64,000 nt of DNA from Moniliella sp. 'wahieum' (lineage: Eukaryota): positions 372,001 through 436,000 of the forward strand of contig RSEE01000003.1 of the NCBI GenBank assembly GCA_003971905.1, given 5' to 3'. The notes beneath the pieces are model-generated. The model did no database searches and was not told where the DNA came from. It saw only the letters and a program-made list of their open reading frames with translations. The position numbers were made by a program, and so were the translations under genes. Below, one piece after another: positions 12,322-26,696 of the stretch. The first letter of the stretch is position 1, and every line of letters begins with the position of its first letter.

Positions 12322-13635
12322 GGGCCAACTGCTACGCCTAAGGCCGGTTGAACGTGGGCGGCGCTGCTGCTAGGTGCACACTATTATATCTTTTTGGTAT
12401 GGAAGAGCATATACTGTTGTCCTTTTGTCTGTCGGTCTCTTTATTGCGATGGTTGGGGATGGTGTGCAGCCAGTTGAAGTTGCTTGCGGGGTGGAAGGAG
12501 GGGAGGAGGTCATCATCATGGAGAATGGAATCATCTACCGCAATATCATGATGGTCACAAGTATAGGAGCTCAATCATGTCACGTGATATGTACCGTACT
12601 AATACCCCGCGGTGCTGTAATTATGTGGAGGGGAGATTTTGCGGGGCAGAAAGCTTGAGCCTCAAGACCCAACGAGATAAGGCAGGCGGGGGGGTGGACA
12701 GTGATGCAAACTTCCGCCTGAGCCAGCGGGAGGAGAGAAGAAGATGCGAGGAAAGAGCGGTGGGAGCGCCGCAAGCCAAGCGGTTTGAATATTCCGATGT
12801 CATGAGATAAAGCAGTTATTGAACGTTGTTGATGATTGATGCAATGTGATGACGTTGAGTTGAACGTTTTGAACAGCTGCCAGTCCAATAGGGGGCGGGT
12901 GGGGGCTCGCGAGCCCCCTGTCGACATGTCATGTCTGCACATTTGATGTCACATATCACAGAGCGAGAGCAGCGGCCGGCAAAGGGCCCGGCTGAGCTTC
13001 AGGCTCCAGTTTAATGCCCAGCTCAAAGGCCGATGCCGTACCTCGTGGTGGCAGCGCTAAGGCTCAGCCGAGCAGTGCAGGCAGCGCAGCTGCTGGGTGC
13101 CCGCTGGTGCAGCGGGATGGGATGCGTGCAATCAGCAATCAGGAAACGGTGAGCGGTGGGTGACGGCTGCATGGTGTGGGAGCGGCGCCTGGGCACACTG
13201 TGGGCAGGTGCGCGGGGCTAGGAACATGCGTGGGTGGCGCGAGGCTGGGCAGCTGCTGCGCACCATCCTGCTCTCGCCCGCTGGTCCACTTTCGCCACTG
13301 CCACACAGCCCCCGCGCCGTCCGGGGGTCTGGGCGGCGGTGGTCGTTGGGCTTGCCTGTGTGGGACGCAGTGCCCCGTGCCCCCGCGGTCGGCTGCGGCA
13401 TGGCGGACCTGCAGGGCTCGCGTCCATCACGCATCAGCTGCGGCGGCTGAGGCTCAGCGCTCCGCCTGAGCTCCGCGGCTCAGCCTCAGCGTCTGAGCGC
13501 TGCCGTGGGCATCGCCACGAATGACGCCTCGCTCCGTCTCCCTCTACCACCCCCACTTCCGCCTGCTCGCCCCGCACGCACCGCACACGCACACGCGTCA
13601 CTCGTCCCACGCCCGCTCCCTCTCTTCACGCGGCC

Positions 13636-16600
13636 ATGGACGACGCCGTCCAGACCCAGCCGGCCTGCCCAACATCGGCAACTCGTGCTTCCTCAATGTC
13701 GTCCTCCAGTCCCTCGCTGCCACCGAGCCCCTTCGCACTGCCATCCAGGCCTCCGCCCCCACCGATGCTACTGCTGCTGTCACCAGCCCAGGCTCCTCGG
13801 CATCCCCGCTGCTGCGTCGGCGTCATCCGCGCCCGCTCTGCCTTGACCTCGGCCCTGCTTCAAGTGCTTAGCGACATGTGGGACCCCCTCCTACCGCCAA
13901 GCGCACCCGCCCCCAGGGAAGCAAGCTGCCGTGCATGTGGTTGACCCCAAGCCCCTCTTGGCTGCGCTCAAGAAGCGCTTCCCCGATTTGGTCACGGAGA
14001 GCAGCAGGATGCGCATGAGGCGCTATCGCTGCTGCTTGATGCCTGCCAAATGGAGGAGAAGGATGCGATCAAGGCGCCGATCTCAAGTGTTTAAGAGCAG
14101 AGGCAGCTCAACACCTTCTTTTCTATTCAGATCCATCTCTGCATCTTCCTCGCCTCCCCCACCCTTCTGATGATGATAGGTTGCCTCTCGATGTCCCACC
14201 ACCCGCTGGGGATTTGCCTCTTGTCCACAGGCCATCGGCCGGACCGGACGCCGGAACTCCAACGCAAGTGGACACTGTCTCTACTCCTATCCAAACGCCT
14301 ACTCCCCCAACCCCTGTTTCTCCATCTCGGCTTACCAAGCGCCAAGCCAGTTTCCCTAAGGGTCTCAGCCCTCCCGCTGACATGGACCCCAAGGCAGCTC
14401 TCACAGCCGCCAACCCTTATGCCCGCCTTCTCCCACCCACCTCTGTCTCCATTCCTGCAGAGCCCCATCCTACCCCATCCGACCCAACCATGGATTCCTC
14501 TACTCCAACCCAGTACAACAACTCGGTTACTTTCCCTCTTCACCAATTACTTCCCAGGCCAGCGAGCTACCCACTTCTGTGGCGACAGAGGCACCGCCTC
14601 GGTCGGTGGCTTCCACATCGGTCGCATCGGCTGGCAGCGTAGACCCTGCGCTGCACGATGGAAAGTCATCTGTCCAACCCCTGGTCGACCAAGTGTTCGA
14701 GGGCAAACTGGCCTCGACCATTATTTGCCAAGCGTGTGGCTATGTCAGCCAGACGTACGAACCATTCTACGACTTATCGCTCTCCTTGCCCCAACCCACC
14801 ACGTCGGGCACCTTCGTCACAAAGCAAAAACGCATGGCTTTCTTACGGCTTTCCGAGCGTTGGTCCAGTCGCACCGCGGGACGTTCTCGCCCCACACCAG
14901 GCACTGTGCTGGGTGGCGCTGAAGAAGGGACGGTCGACATGCCGGCGGCAGCTGGTACTTCATTCTCCCCTTCTATGGCCAAGGCTGTCCAACGGACCGC
15001 TGCTTCCCTTTCCCGTCCCGGCAGCACAGCCCCTGATGAAACTCCTGTAGGCCCAGGGCAATCAAAGAAGCATCGACCACGTTCGACGGCAATACCCGTT
15101 CCAAGCTTGATAGCGAGTGGGGCCACCGACCTTAGCTCGATTCATTTACCTGCGTCGACGACCCCCTCGCGTGTCGCCTCTCGATCTGCGGACAAGCCTT
15201 CACCTGCAACGCCCCGCCCACAGTCTGCTGGCCCCAGTGATGGCATTCCAGGCAAGGAGCGGAGAAGGTTTTTCTCGCGTACCCCCAAACAAGAACCTAG
15301 TCCAGAAAATGAGGAATCGCGTGTAACTTTTTCCGTCGTCGGACTACCATGCGCAAATCCAAGAAGGCAGTTGACCCAGCGCCACCTCTCCCGGCCTCCC
15401 CACGGCAACGGGTATCGGCACACGCCCCTGTCGCGCGCCATACGACCGGGCTGGACTTCACCTCCATGACAAAGGGGTCCGAGAGCTTGGACACGAGGAG
15501 TACAACCGTTTCATCCCTCTCGGGAGTCCCAACACAAACAGGCCAACTTGCTTCCGCAACCTAGCCCTTGGGCACGAATGCCACCTTGCCGCCTTCACTG
15601 GCTACTCCGAGCCGGCCCGAAATGGACCGGGAAGCGACACTGGTGCCTCCCGACCCTAGGAGGGAGGCCACCATCACCCCTGACTTGGTGGCAAACTGGA
15701 AACGGCCACTTCCCCCTCGCACGTGCCGGATACGCTTGCAATAGGACCGGGGGAGGAGAAGAAAGAGAAGTGGCACTCGCATTTGGGCCCGCCTGGCTTT
15801 GAGTTACCTCACCCACCTCATTCGCATAAGCTCCATCGTCCGTTCCGTCGCTCGTTCCGACCCCATGGCGCCGCCGACTCGTTGGTGCCAGCACCCTTGG
15901 CCATGTCCGAGTCGCACTCTCAATCGCAATCCCAATTGGGCGAGCCGGAACAGGTGCCGGCCCATTTGCTCTACATTGCTCAACTTTTATCGGGCTCACC
16001 GCGAAAGGCAGTGGACCCGGCGGTGCTCTATGTGCTTCGGGATCAGGCGTCGTCACGACGAGGCAAGTTGAGCGTGGCGGATGTGGCGGCGGCGTGTGCG
16101 TCGGCGGCGCAGACAGGGACCTCGCTTTCCCTCGCGGTACCCGCGTCGCAATCGTCGGAAGGCGGCGCGCCGGCTACCGGAGAGGACGGCAGTGCGCTCC
16201 GTTCCCAAGAAGGCACTGGCTTGGTTGCCGCTCTCACACATTCACCCAATCCGAGCTACTGGAAGGCGAGGACGCGTTTCTGTGCAAACGGTGTTGGCGC
16301 AACCAGCACGGCTTGCGCGCTCGGTCGCCTTCGTTGCCGACAGAGCCAGGGTCAGACTCGTCTCCCGACGCCGACTCGGACGACGACCGTCTGCCTCTGG
16401 CCCCGTCGGGTCTGGGGTTGAGGGGGATGACCTCCTCTACGAGCCGTGCATCCATGTCGGTCCCGACGCTCCATACGGGCACGAGCGCGGTCAGTTTGGG
16501 AAGTGATACCTCTGCCCCATGATGCGCTCCCGTACAGGATCGGTTAGGGAAGGAGAAGGATGGGTGTCGGATGCTTCGGCCTCGTGCCACATGCGGAAGG

Positions 16601-17293
16601 CGGCCGTTTGGCTCCTGTTTCGGATGGCAGTGTGTCTGCTCATGCACTCGGTTCGCGGCCGGCCGAGCAGGATGCAATGACGCTCTCGGACCGGAGCGCC
16701 TTCACGCCTTCCAAGCCCATTCGTCGAACGGGCCGGGTACGGCAGCCAGCACTGAAGCGGTACTTGATTGCGTCGGCGCCGCCCGTGTTGGTGGTGCAGC
16801 TCAAACGATTTGCTGTCACGTCGCTGTCGGGCTGGGAAGTTCCTTGATGCCGGGCAGTGCGGCAGGGGGGAAACATGGCGAAAAGCTGGACGACTTTGTC
16901 TCTTTTCCTCCTGTGCTGGATATCGCGCCGTGGCTGGCGCCCCCGCGGCAATCGTACGACCGCTTGGGTCGGCCCAAGCTGCGCTCCACCGAGGCACCGG
17001 CTCCCAAGCTGGACCAGTCTACGCGCTACTGCTTGGTGGCAGTGATTGTGCACACGGGCCAGCTTGCCTCGGGCCACTACACAGCCTTTGTCCGCCATTC
17101 GCTCGCACGTGGCGGGGGGAAGTTCTGGGTGCATGTGTCGGACGAGCAGGTGCGGCATGCATCGTGGGAAGAGGTGAGCAAGGCCAAGGCGTACATGCTC
17201 TTTTACCAACGGATTGACCCCTTGCCCTTGGTACCCCATCCTACCCCGACCGCGCCATCGTCCGCTGCTGCTGCTGCGCCCACGGAATCCTGA
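13636..17293 (+). CDS. Ubiquitin carboxyl-terminal hydrolase (USP, peptidase C19) with large low-complexity insertions
   Basis: Cys box GLPNIGNSCFLNVVLQSL; VFEGKLASTIICQACG; ELLEGEDAFLCKRC; PPVLVVQLKRF; His box VHTGQLASGHYTAFV...WVHVSDEQV...AYMLFYQR. Confidence 0.92.
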
Positions 17294-17584
17294 CTTCTCC
17301 AAGTTGGGTCATCTGGTCATCTGGAGGCTCGTGGGCGCCGGCCAGTTCCCCCTTTTTTCTCTATGTAACACTTTTCGATCACGTCTTCAATACTCATCTT
17401 CGCATCCATCCCCACCCATTCACATAGACTGACCAACTTGGACCCAACGACTACTAAAGATAGATGGATCGCTGATCAGATCCGCGAGGTCTACAGGCAG
17501 TGACGGTTACGGATCGATGGCAGAAGGACGGTTTCGATCGAAGCCTACAGCGTGCACCAATGAAGAGGGGAAAAAATTAAAAAG

Positions 17585-17683
17585 AGGAGTAGGTCGGACT
17601 TGAACCAACGACTTCAAGATGATATCGAACCGCCTAAACGACCTCGTTGCAATCTCACACGCTAACCGCTGCGTCACTACTCC
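17585..17683 (-). tRNA. tRNA-Cys(GCA) with 26-nt intron (17621-17646)
   Basis: Acceptor stem GGAGTAG/CTACTCC, discriminator T, D arm ACGC/GCGT, anticodon GCA at 17648-17650, intron after position 37, T arm GTTGG-TTCAAGT-CCGAC, downstream T-run Pol III terminator. Confidence 0.93.
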
Positions 17684-18370
17684 TTAGTGTTCCTGACGAC
17701 TAAATAAACAAATGTCTATTTCCAAGGGGTTTGTGTCATTGCGAAAAGGGATGCAAAGCAAAGACAGCATGGGTGAATATAGGCATAGTGCGTAGCCGAG
17801 TCTGGTGCTACACGCATAGCAATGTAAGACCATGACTAGTAGCCTTCTCCGGTAGCCCTCGTCCTGCTTCGTACCACCAACGCCTATCTCTCGCTCCAAT
17901 TGATCGCCTACGCTACCTTCCTGCACGCTTCAGCATCCATTGCCGTCTCTCCATACATAGCCGGGTGGATCAGGACGTCGCTACAATTCCCCTGCATATG
18001 CTTCCCCTATCAACAGGGGAGAAAAGGAGAGAGACGCGTTCATTCGTCAACAGGGCGAGCGAGATTCCAAGAAAAAATGGTACAAGCCCCTTGTGCGAGT
18101 CAACTGAGCACGGAGAGAAAAGAGACGTGAAAAAAGTCATTGTCAATCGTAAAAACTGATCGTAACAGATAATGTAGAGTTTTTGTGGGACAGGGGAAGA
18201 AAGGAAAGGAAACGATACAATGAGTATCAGGAAATAAGTGCCCCCTCGGAAACAAATTGGTGCCATAGTCGTGGTAAAAAGGGGGCAGGAGGGAGAAACA
18301 GTGCGAAACCTGGGAGGTTAACGGGTTTTCTTTTTTGCAGGTGCTCGGCCCAAGACAAAAAGCGTCGAGA

Positions 18371-21300
18371 TCACTCTGCCAGTGCGGGGTCAAATGCATC
18401 GTGAAGCAAGTTGTCCAATTCGCGCAGGTGGTGCTTCTTAATGCCCGTCGCCACCGAAAGAAGGAGGCCGGGAAGCGCATTTGATAAAGGTATCACGGTG
18501 GAGTTCGGAGTGACAGGCAGCATTGCGCAAGCGAGGGCCAACGTATGACCAGCACCCATTGTTGAGCGGCTCCTCCTGCACCCAGGTTATATCGGCATTG
18601 GGGTACTTGTCCAGGTGAGGAGTCAGTACATCGTAGGGGAAAGGTGAAATTTGCTCCAGACGGCTGATCGCAACATCATTGATGCCCTGGTCGCGGCGAT
18701 ACTTCAGCAACTCATAGTACACCTGCCCGGTGCAGATGATGTGCCGACGGATCTGCTCGGCGCGACCAGCGCGTCCTCGCCCTCTTCCTCATGCGGCTCG
18801 GCAATGTACTTTTTGAAGCCCCCAGAACCGGGAAGGAAGTCCTTCAACTCCGAACGGGCCATGGGGTGACGAAGGAGCGACTTGGACACAAAGTGGATCA
18901 ATGGCTTGCGGAAGTCACGGTGGACTTGGCGGCGAAGAACATGGAAATAGTTGGCCGGAGTGGTGGTATACACCAACTGCATGTTGCAGTCTTGATGCTG
19001 ACGGTTCATCTCGGTCGGGGTGGGGAAGTGAAAGGGCGTGTCATCACAAAGCTGGAGGAAGCGCTCGATGCGAGCTGAGGAATGTTCGGGACCCTGTCCA
19101 TCGTAACCATGAGGTAGACTGAGTACCAACCCCGTGCGTTGCAACCACTTGCGCTCGCCCGATGCAATGAACTGGTCGATGATGCATTGGGCATTGTTGG
19201 CAAAATCGCCAAATTGCGCCTCCCACATCGTTAGGTTTTTGGGGTCGACCAGCGAGAAGCCTAGCTCGAAACCAAGGGCGCCATATTCGGAGAGGGACGA
19301 GTTGCAGATTTTCGGTGCTTGGTGTGCGTCGATATGTTCCAAGGGGTATACGTTGCCTCTGTGTTTTGATCGTGAAGAATGGCATGGCGCTGAGAGAATG
19401 TGCCACGCTCCACATCTTGACCACCGACCCGGACGTAGTATCCCTCTTTGACAAGAGAGCCAAAGGCCAGAGCCTCGCCTGTCGACATGTCGATGCCCTC
19501 CCCAGTCTAGATCGTCTTGAGGCGGTTGCGCAAGATGCGGGCCAGGTTGCTGTGCACGGTAAACCCATCTGGATATGATGAAATTACCTTGCCGATGTGA
19601 GTCAGCACCTCGCTGTCGACCCCCGTCTCCTTGTGGTCAAGAATCTTTTCCTTAAGCTCCTTGGGCGAGGGGAAACCTTCCCATGCGGATGAGAGCCACT
19701 CCCGCTCGCCCGGGTTATAGTCCTTCGCCTTAGCCGATGACTCTCCGAGCTGGCTCCAAACCCACTTCTCATGCTCTTCCACTTGCTGTTGGGTAAATGT
19801 CCCTTCCTTCACCAGCTCCTCTGTATAGAGTTTCAATGCCGTGGGCTTCTTGGCGATGGCTTCATACATCCGAGGCTGAGTAAACGAGGGCTGATCCGTC
19901 TCATTGTGCCCATAACGGCGATAACAGACCAAGTCGATCACCACATCTTTCTTGAACTTGTAGCGCCAGTCGGCAGCCAGTTGGCAGACAAAGGTAACCG
20001 CCTCTGCATCATCACCGTTGACATGGAAAATGGGGGCGTCAATAGCCTTGGCCAGGTCAGAGGGATACGGTGTTGAACGGGAGAAGCGAGGGTCTGTGGT
20101 AAATCCAATCTGGTTGTTGACAATAATGTGGATCGTTCCACCCTGGAATAGTTGGGAATTGTACATGCCCATCGTTTCGTACACGACGCCTTGGCCAGCA
20201 AATGCCGCATCACCATGCATAAGCAAAGCGACAGAAGTTTTGTTCTCCTTGTCCCCAGCAAGATCTTGTAGTGCACGTGTCTTTCCTGTCACGACCGGAT
20301 CCTCGGCTTCAAGATGCGACGGATTTGCGACCAAAGAGAGAGCGACCTTGCGGCCGCTGGGAGTGGGGCGGACATAGTTTGCGCCTAAGTGGTACTTGAC
20401 GTCCCCGCCACCATCAGAGCCATCATCAGCGCCCTTGAATTGGTTCAGAATACCTTCAACTGGGCGACGAATGACATTGGCCAGGACGTTCAAACGGCCG
20501 CGATGGGGCATGCCAATTGTCACGCTGCTGGCCCCATGGTCTACCAGACGATCAATTAACGCCTTGACCCCTGGGATGAGAGATTCGCCCCCTTCAAGAC
20601 CGAAACGCTTGTCAGTGGGGAACTTGCTGGCAATGAAGCGTTCAAAACTGTCGGACCAAATCAGGCGGTCAAGAATGCGTCTCTTTTCATCAGTCGAGTA
20701 CTTGTATGGTGCCGGGCATTCGATCCGAGATCGTAGCCAATTGCAACGCTCACTGTCGGGAATGTGCATGTACTGGTAGCCGATTGAGCCACAATAGAGC
20801 TTCTTGCATGTCTCAATCAGTTCCCCGATGGTCATCTCGGACGTGGTACCGGAAAAGTGGGGAAGTAATGCGGGAGTGATCTTGATCGTCTTGCCAAGTC
20901 TGCCTCAGAGAGACCGTAGTAAGCGAGTGTAAGCTCTTCCGGAACGGAGGCGCCAGTGACAATTCCAAGAGGATCAAGATTTGCCAGGCGGTGGCCACGG
21001 ACCTGGAAAGCACGGACCAAGAGTTGGGCCTGTGTTGGAAGGGGTGAGTGCGTGTGTCAGAAAATGTAGAACAGCGAGAACGCAGCCCCATGGGAAGAGA
21101 GAGGACAAGGAAAAAAAAAGTAAACTCACTTTGAGATCATCCCCAACAAGTTGGGCTTGTTCTGATGTGAACGGAACTTGGAGGTGGGCAGCGCCATCAA
21201 GAGAGGGCGGAAGCACGACGGCATCCTGGGAAGGAAGGCCCCGCTTCAGACCAGAAAAGTAAATACCCCAGCTGGCGTGAACAGATGATGGATCCTTCGT

Positions 21301-21527
21301 CCACTGGCGGTGCATCTCCTCCACGTAATAGGCATTGTTGGGGGTGAGGAATTTGTCGTTGGGGGATGGGGGGGTTGCGAGGGGGGCAGCCTGATGGGCG
21401 AGCGGTGGTGGCAAAGGCACGGGCCGCACTCAGGCGAGGGGGGAGTTGCTGAGCTTCGTACGGCTAGCAATGCGGCGGCGCGCATCTGCACCGGCACATG
21501 AGCTGAGCGGAGCATCAAAGGCAGCAT
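18371..21527 (-). CDS. KGD1: 2-oxoglutarate dehydrogenase E1 subunit
   Basis: [102 protein letters not shown]. Confidence 0.97.
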
Positions 21528-22275
21528 GGTTAGGGGGGGGGGGGGGGAGGTGGGGCAGGAGAAGGGCCGCCAAGGGCAGGTAAGCAAGGCGGTATTATCC
21601 CTCACAAGTCAGGCCCGTGCGGGGCAGTATAGCTGCCGCCCCTGGCCCACGGATTTAGTGTGGCTCCCAGGCTCCTGGCATTAGCCCAATACATCCCCCG
21701 TACTAGGACTGTGCTTTTTCAGCGCCATTTCTTTTCCCATGCTCCAGGCCTCTTGCGCGGCACTCCCCGCCGTCTCTGACACGCAATCGGGCCCATGACC
21801 ATGTTCGACGTTCAATGCTGCTCATCCGCCCACGCATGCACATATCGTGTGCGCCGTCCCGTCATATTCACCACGCTCAGTGGGCACAGCATTGCCACAA
21901 ACGTAGGAAATGGTATTAGCAGTGCTACGAGCAAACAGACAACACGTGGAGCTGGCATGTGCAATTCGGTCCTTACAGCGCAGGTGCACTGGCATATAGG
22001 TTTCCTCGGATCCGTCCGCCTTGAAGCTGTCAAGTTCGATAGGGGAAATCGGAATCCAGGCAATATTTTGGTGTCCGGGCCTCCATAAGAGGTCAATGGA
22101 CGGGAATGGCCGACAGCCAAGTTCGCCTTGTCAGCCACAGTGAAAATACTGCGCGCTTTGAGCAACACAGGGCATGAGAGGGGGGAATGAGAACAAGACA
22201 AGAAGGGTCAAAGCACAGGTTGTCTAACCTGGCTTGACTCATCACAAACTCTGCAACAGGACAAAAACACGTGGT

Positions 22276-22850
22276 TTAGATCAAGCCAATCTGATTAGAC
22301 ACGTCAAGGGCGTCCTGGTCCTTGTGCAGGCGGATGTACGCCTTCTTTTGCCATCGGGACGGATGAGGGTGTAATCTTGGCTGCTTCGACCGAGTAGGCC
22401 TTCTTGAGAGCGGCCTTGATCTGGTGCTTGTTGGCGCGGCGGTCAACGATGAAGACGAGGGTGTTGAACTCCTCAATCTTCTTCATTGCCGACTCGGTGT
22501 TGAGCGGGAACTGCAACACCTGGTACGCGTCCATCCGAGGAGCCGAGGGGATGCTCTTGCGCAGGTACTTAGGCTTGCGGGGAAGCGCCAGGGTCTTGGG
22601 ACGGTGGAAAGTCACATTGCGGCGCACCTTCTTAACGCGGGTGCCCTGCTGACCCTTGAGGGCAGCCTTCTTGGCAGCAAGAGCCACCGACTTTTTCTCG
22701 GCTGGACAGAGAGGGACAAGTCAGCACTCGTGGCTTTTGTACACAATTGCAGCCGGATATTAGGCCAAGCTACTCCACTGGCACCGCAACCAAGGTCCAA
22801 CGACAGTACTTAGGAATAGGATGCGTGCACTCACTCTTGACGATCGCCAT
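22276..22850 (-). CDS. RPL25: 60S ribosomal protein L25 (uL23)
   Basis: [37 protein letters not shown]...[11 protein letters not shown]; short first exon and one intron. Confidence 0.95.
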
Positions 22851-23039
22851 CTTGTCCAGGTTGGTGTGGTGGAGAGCCTCGCTGCGAATTGGGTGCCAGG
22901 CCGGGACCAGCAACAAGTTGGAAACCGCCGGCGGGGCGGAATGCAGCCCGGCGGCACTACAGCACTGTGATACCGCAGTATTGCGCCCGCCGGGAGCGCA
23001 GGGCCAGTATCCAGAATTGGAATGTCTCCCTTTTTGAAT

Positions 23040-23060
23040 CAGGGTTCGTAAATAACCCTA
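23040..23060. promoter_or_regulatory. Inverted AGGGTT/AACCCT pair in the RPL25/RPL17 bidirectional promoter
   Basis: CAGGGTT-cgtaaat-AACCCTA; the same heptamer occurs near the other RP genes in the window. Confidence 0.5.
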
Positions 23061-23144
23061 TTGCTACCATCCCAGCCGCCTGCCCTCCCTGCCAACTTCG
23101 CCCCGGCTGTCCGCTTAACCGTCACCGCAAGACACTTGTTAGCA

Positions 23145-23837
23145 ATGGTTGTGCGTATGGCTCCTCCTCCAGAGGATCCGAGGCTGGCATGCTGTGTGAT
23201 GCGTTCCCGCGCAGCAGCCACCTTGCCAATACTGGCCCTGCCATGCACTCTGTCACTCCGTTCACTAACTCTGTCTAGCAATACGCTATTCGTGACTCGG
23301 ACCTGGCTGAGAAGAGCTCCAAAAGCCGTGGGACTACCTGCGTGTTCACTACAAGAACACGCGCGAGACCGCGGCCACGATCCAGGGCATGAAGCTGTCC
23401 AGGCCTACGCTTTCCTTGCCGACTGCAAGAGAAGAAGCAGTGCGTGCCTTTCCGCCGGCACAACAAGCACGTTGGCCGCACTTCGCAGGCCAAGCAGTGG
23501 GGGTCGGTCACCCAGGGCCGCTGGCCCACCAAGAGCGCCAAGTTCCTTGTGGCGCTGCTCAAGAACGCTGAGTCGAACGCCGACCAGAAGGGGCTTGAGG
23601 TGGAGAACCTGCTCATCAAGCACATTGTCATCCACCGTGCCCGCACACCTACCGCCGCACCTACCGTGCTCACGGCCGTATCAACCCCTACAAGGGTTCC
23701 CCTTGCCACGTCGAGATCCACCTCGTCGAGCAGGGCTCGGCCGTTCCCAACGGTCGAGGTGGCTGCTCCCCGCCTTAACAAGCGCCAGCTTGCCATCCGC
23801 CTAACGCTGCCGCTCAGAAGGCCCCGTGTCGGCCTAA
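23145..23837 (+). CDS. RPL17: 60S ribosomal protein L17 (uL22)
   Basis: ATG GTT, intron 23151-23278, [50 protein letters not shown]. Confidence 0.95.
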
Positions 23838-24238
23838 AGGTCGCGCAGGGACGTATGAATGGTTCTCTTTCCATTTGCGATTCGAGACACGGGCTGTAGA
23901 GTGCCAGGGCAGGTTCATGTTAGGCTCATTCTATATCGACCCCTTTGGCCGTTTGTAAGAGTCTGTCCGGTATCGATTCCAGCCCAATAGAAACACAAGC
24001 AGGATCCTCGTGTCTATACCTGCACCTCTAATCTGGTTGCCTTGGGTGTGGGACAAAACATTCGCATGGTTAGCGAGAGATGCTTCCGTTACATGGTTTT
24101 GTATATGAGTTTTGTAGCTTTGTAGGGCCTACCCACTTTCTCAAATGCCTGCGGACTTCTCTGGTGTTTATGTCACGTGCTCGGTGACTCACCAGGGAGC
24201 CGCAGTGCCCCGCGACCAACATCGTTATGCCCCCATGT

Positions 24239-24558
24239 TGCATCCATATCATTGACAGAGGTTAAGGCTGGGACAGGGAAACGCTGGAACCTAAACCGAT
24301 CCATTCATCTTGCATGTGTCCTTGGTAGCGCCACCAATGTTAAGGAATCAGGGGATCGCCAGGATATCAGGACCCTCTGGTGCTCGCCATCCGGTCCCGT
24401 ACCAAGGTAAGCGCGTGTGGACACGGATTAAAGTGGTGGACATCCGAGCGAGGAACCATTTCCATTGAGACTCAGTAGCCAAATCCTTCCAGTGCGCAAA
24501 CATCTTGCCCGCTGTCTTGGTGCCGTGGTATCCTCGCGTCGTCAAAACCAAAGGGGAA
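24239..24558 (-). mobile_element. 5'-truncated copy B of the RLE element family
   Basis: Encodes PLVLTTRGYHGTKTAGKMFAHWKDLATESQWKWFLARMSTT and has the shared 3' end CTCTGTCAATGATATGGATGCA. Confidence 0.85.
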
Positions 24559-24929
24559 CTGTTGGTCTTTTACATCTTATAGTATGCTGCGCGGCCTCGT
24601 GCATATCGAGGAGAGAGTACAACCAAGCGAGTGTTGCGGATGGCTGAAAAAAGTATATATGACAAAATACAATAAGTTACCCGGGAAAATAGGCCTGGGA
24701 TGATGCGAAAGAGAAGACACCGCTCTGGAAATCAACGGGGAGAGGTGGAGCGCGTGACATGAGAGGACGTGCGGGCGTGAGTGCTGGTAATAGCTCTAAG
24801 CCTTGAGAAACGCAAGTGTGAGTGTCTGAAAAGGTATGGCCCGTGCAAATGGCGTCCAGTGAAGTTTTTTTGAAGGCAACGCAATGGATGGAAGTAGCGA
24901 TATGCAGAAAGGGAAGTATTTGCCCTGCC

Positions 24930-26696
24930 TCACCCTTCCAGCAGAGCCGACTTCCGGTCCTCGGTTTCGTCGACGAAACCTCCTCCGCCGCTTGCGAGCC
25001 CGGTGGGAGTGGTCCCCTGTAGTTCTTCTTGCCGTAGCAGTACCAAAATACGGGCCCCAATCCCAGGAACGCGACCAAGATCACGCACGTGTAGTTCATA
25101 CCAGACTGAAAGGGAATTCTGGTCAGTACAGGTAAGGCCAAACAAAAAAACTTTTGGAAGGTGCGACTTACCCCTGCCGGTGACGGGATCTCGTAGGGAG
25201 ACAAAGGAAGACGGTCAAGCAGACAGTAAAGACAATTGTCATAATGTTGCAAGCGGGGCCAAGATTGGTCCCAACTTGAAAACTAGGCCTCAGGTTGAGG
25301 TGAGGGCGTCCATTGAAAAGCATCCAGAACGAGACCCAGCTGTAGCTCGCACCAAGGCAAATGATAGGAGCCGAGATAAACGCATTAAACGCAGCATCTG
25401 AGCCAATGTTGATGAAACCGAGCCCAGCCTGGATTGCAGTGACGACAACAGAGAGAACCAAGGCGCATCCCACTTCTGGTTCACAGCACCAAGATTTCGG
25501 CAAACCACCGCGGTTGGCCATTCCCCACATTACGTGCACAGGCCATATTGCCATCCACACGCCATCCAGTAGGGGACCACAATGCTCACAATGATGACCG
25601 TCGTTCCGGGCGACTGAGCCCGTTATTGATCATGAGATGGGTAAAAGCGCTCCCCGAATCCGCGTTGGCCACCGAGTCGTCCGAAGGTGGGTGCAAAAGA
25701 GTAGAACGATGGCCATGACGAGAGTGGTAAAGCAGTGTGAAGCCAGCCCCGTAACAGCGGCGATGGGCGCACTGCGTTCGGGGAAGCGCATTTCACTGGC
25801 AAGTGGAACGTTGAGTCGTAAGCGCACGTAGCAAATGCGACTGACGACAAGGAGGTCATCCAGGGGATCACTAGGTTCCTCATCCACTTTCGTGGGAACG
25901 AAGATAAATGCGTTGTAGGCGCTGTGAATGAGTGTTCTTGCCCGTCTCAATGAGCAAGACGAGGAAAATCACAAAGAAAGTTGCGACATTGAGCACAAAA
26001 TTGCCCGTGTTGGCGTGTTCGAGGAGAGAGCTTCCAAAGATGCCCATAAAGGTGTGAGACCGAGATGCCAAGCATGAGCAACGACGTGTGCCATGCTTCA
26101 ATCGTGTATGAGGGATTGGTAATCTGGGCCATGGCCAGGATGAGCTGCAGAGGAGAAAAGTCAGTGAACAGCATAGACAAAAGATGCAAGGACTTACTTG
26201 AGCAATCACAGCATTTGTTGACAGACCAAGGAGGATATACCCACGGCAAGAGCCCAGCCCGATTGGTAGGCAGACACTCCTCACGAAGGCGTGGCCATGT
26301 GGTAGGCCCAGACTTCTTGATTACCCGTAGGCCAGAGGGAAGAGGCTTCGGCCAAGCTCATGACGCTCATCAGGCTGCAGACAATGCAGATGATGAGGCC
26401 CCAGAAAATAACCGAATTGCCACCAGCAGTCATGGTGGTGTCAATTGTGCCAATGAGGGAACCAGGAGGCGCCAATCAGGTAAGCAATCGCGATACTGCC
26501 AGATGTGCCAAGTTGGGCTGGAGACGGTGGTCGTCGTCAATGCCAAGGAGCTGGCCCTCTTGGTAGTCACTGACCAAGGCCTCAGCCTTAGTGGGGTCAG
26601 CATGGGCGGCTGCAGGGCTGCCGCCTCAAAGCCGTACATGGAAGCAACGGGCTTGTCGCTGCTGCCGGAGTAGCCCTCCTTGTCGTAAGCACTCAT
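24930..26696 (-). CDS. APC-family amino acid/choline/GABA permease
   Basis: GGNSVIFWGLII...SLAEASSLWPT, YDSTFHL, WGMANRGGLP, LGFINIGSDAAFNAFIS, MNYTCVIL...WYCYGKKNYRGP; frameshifted. Confidence 0.88.
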
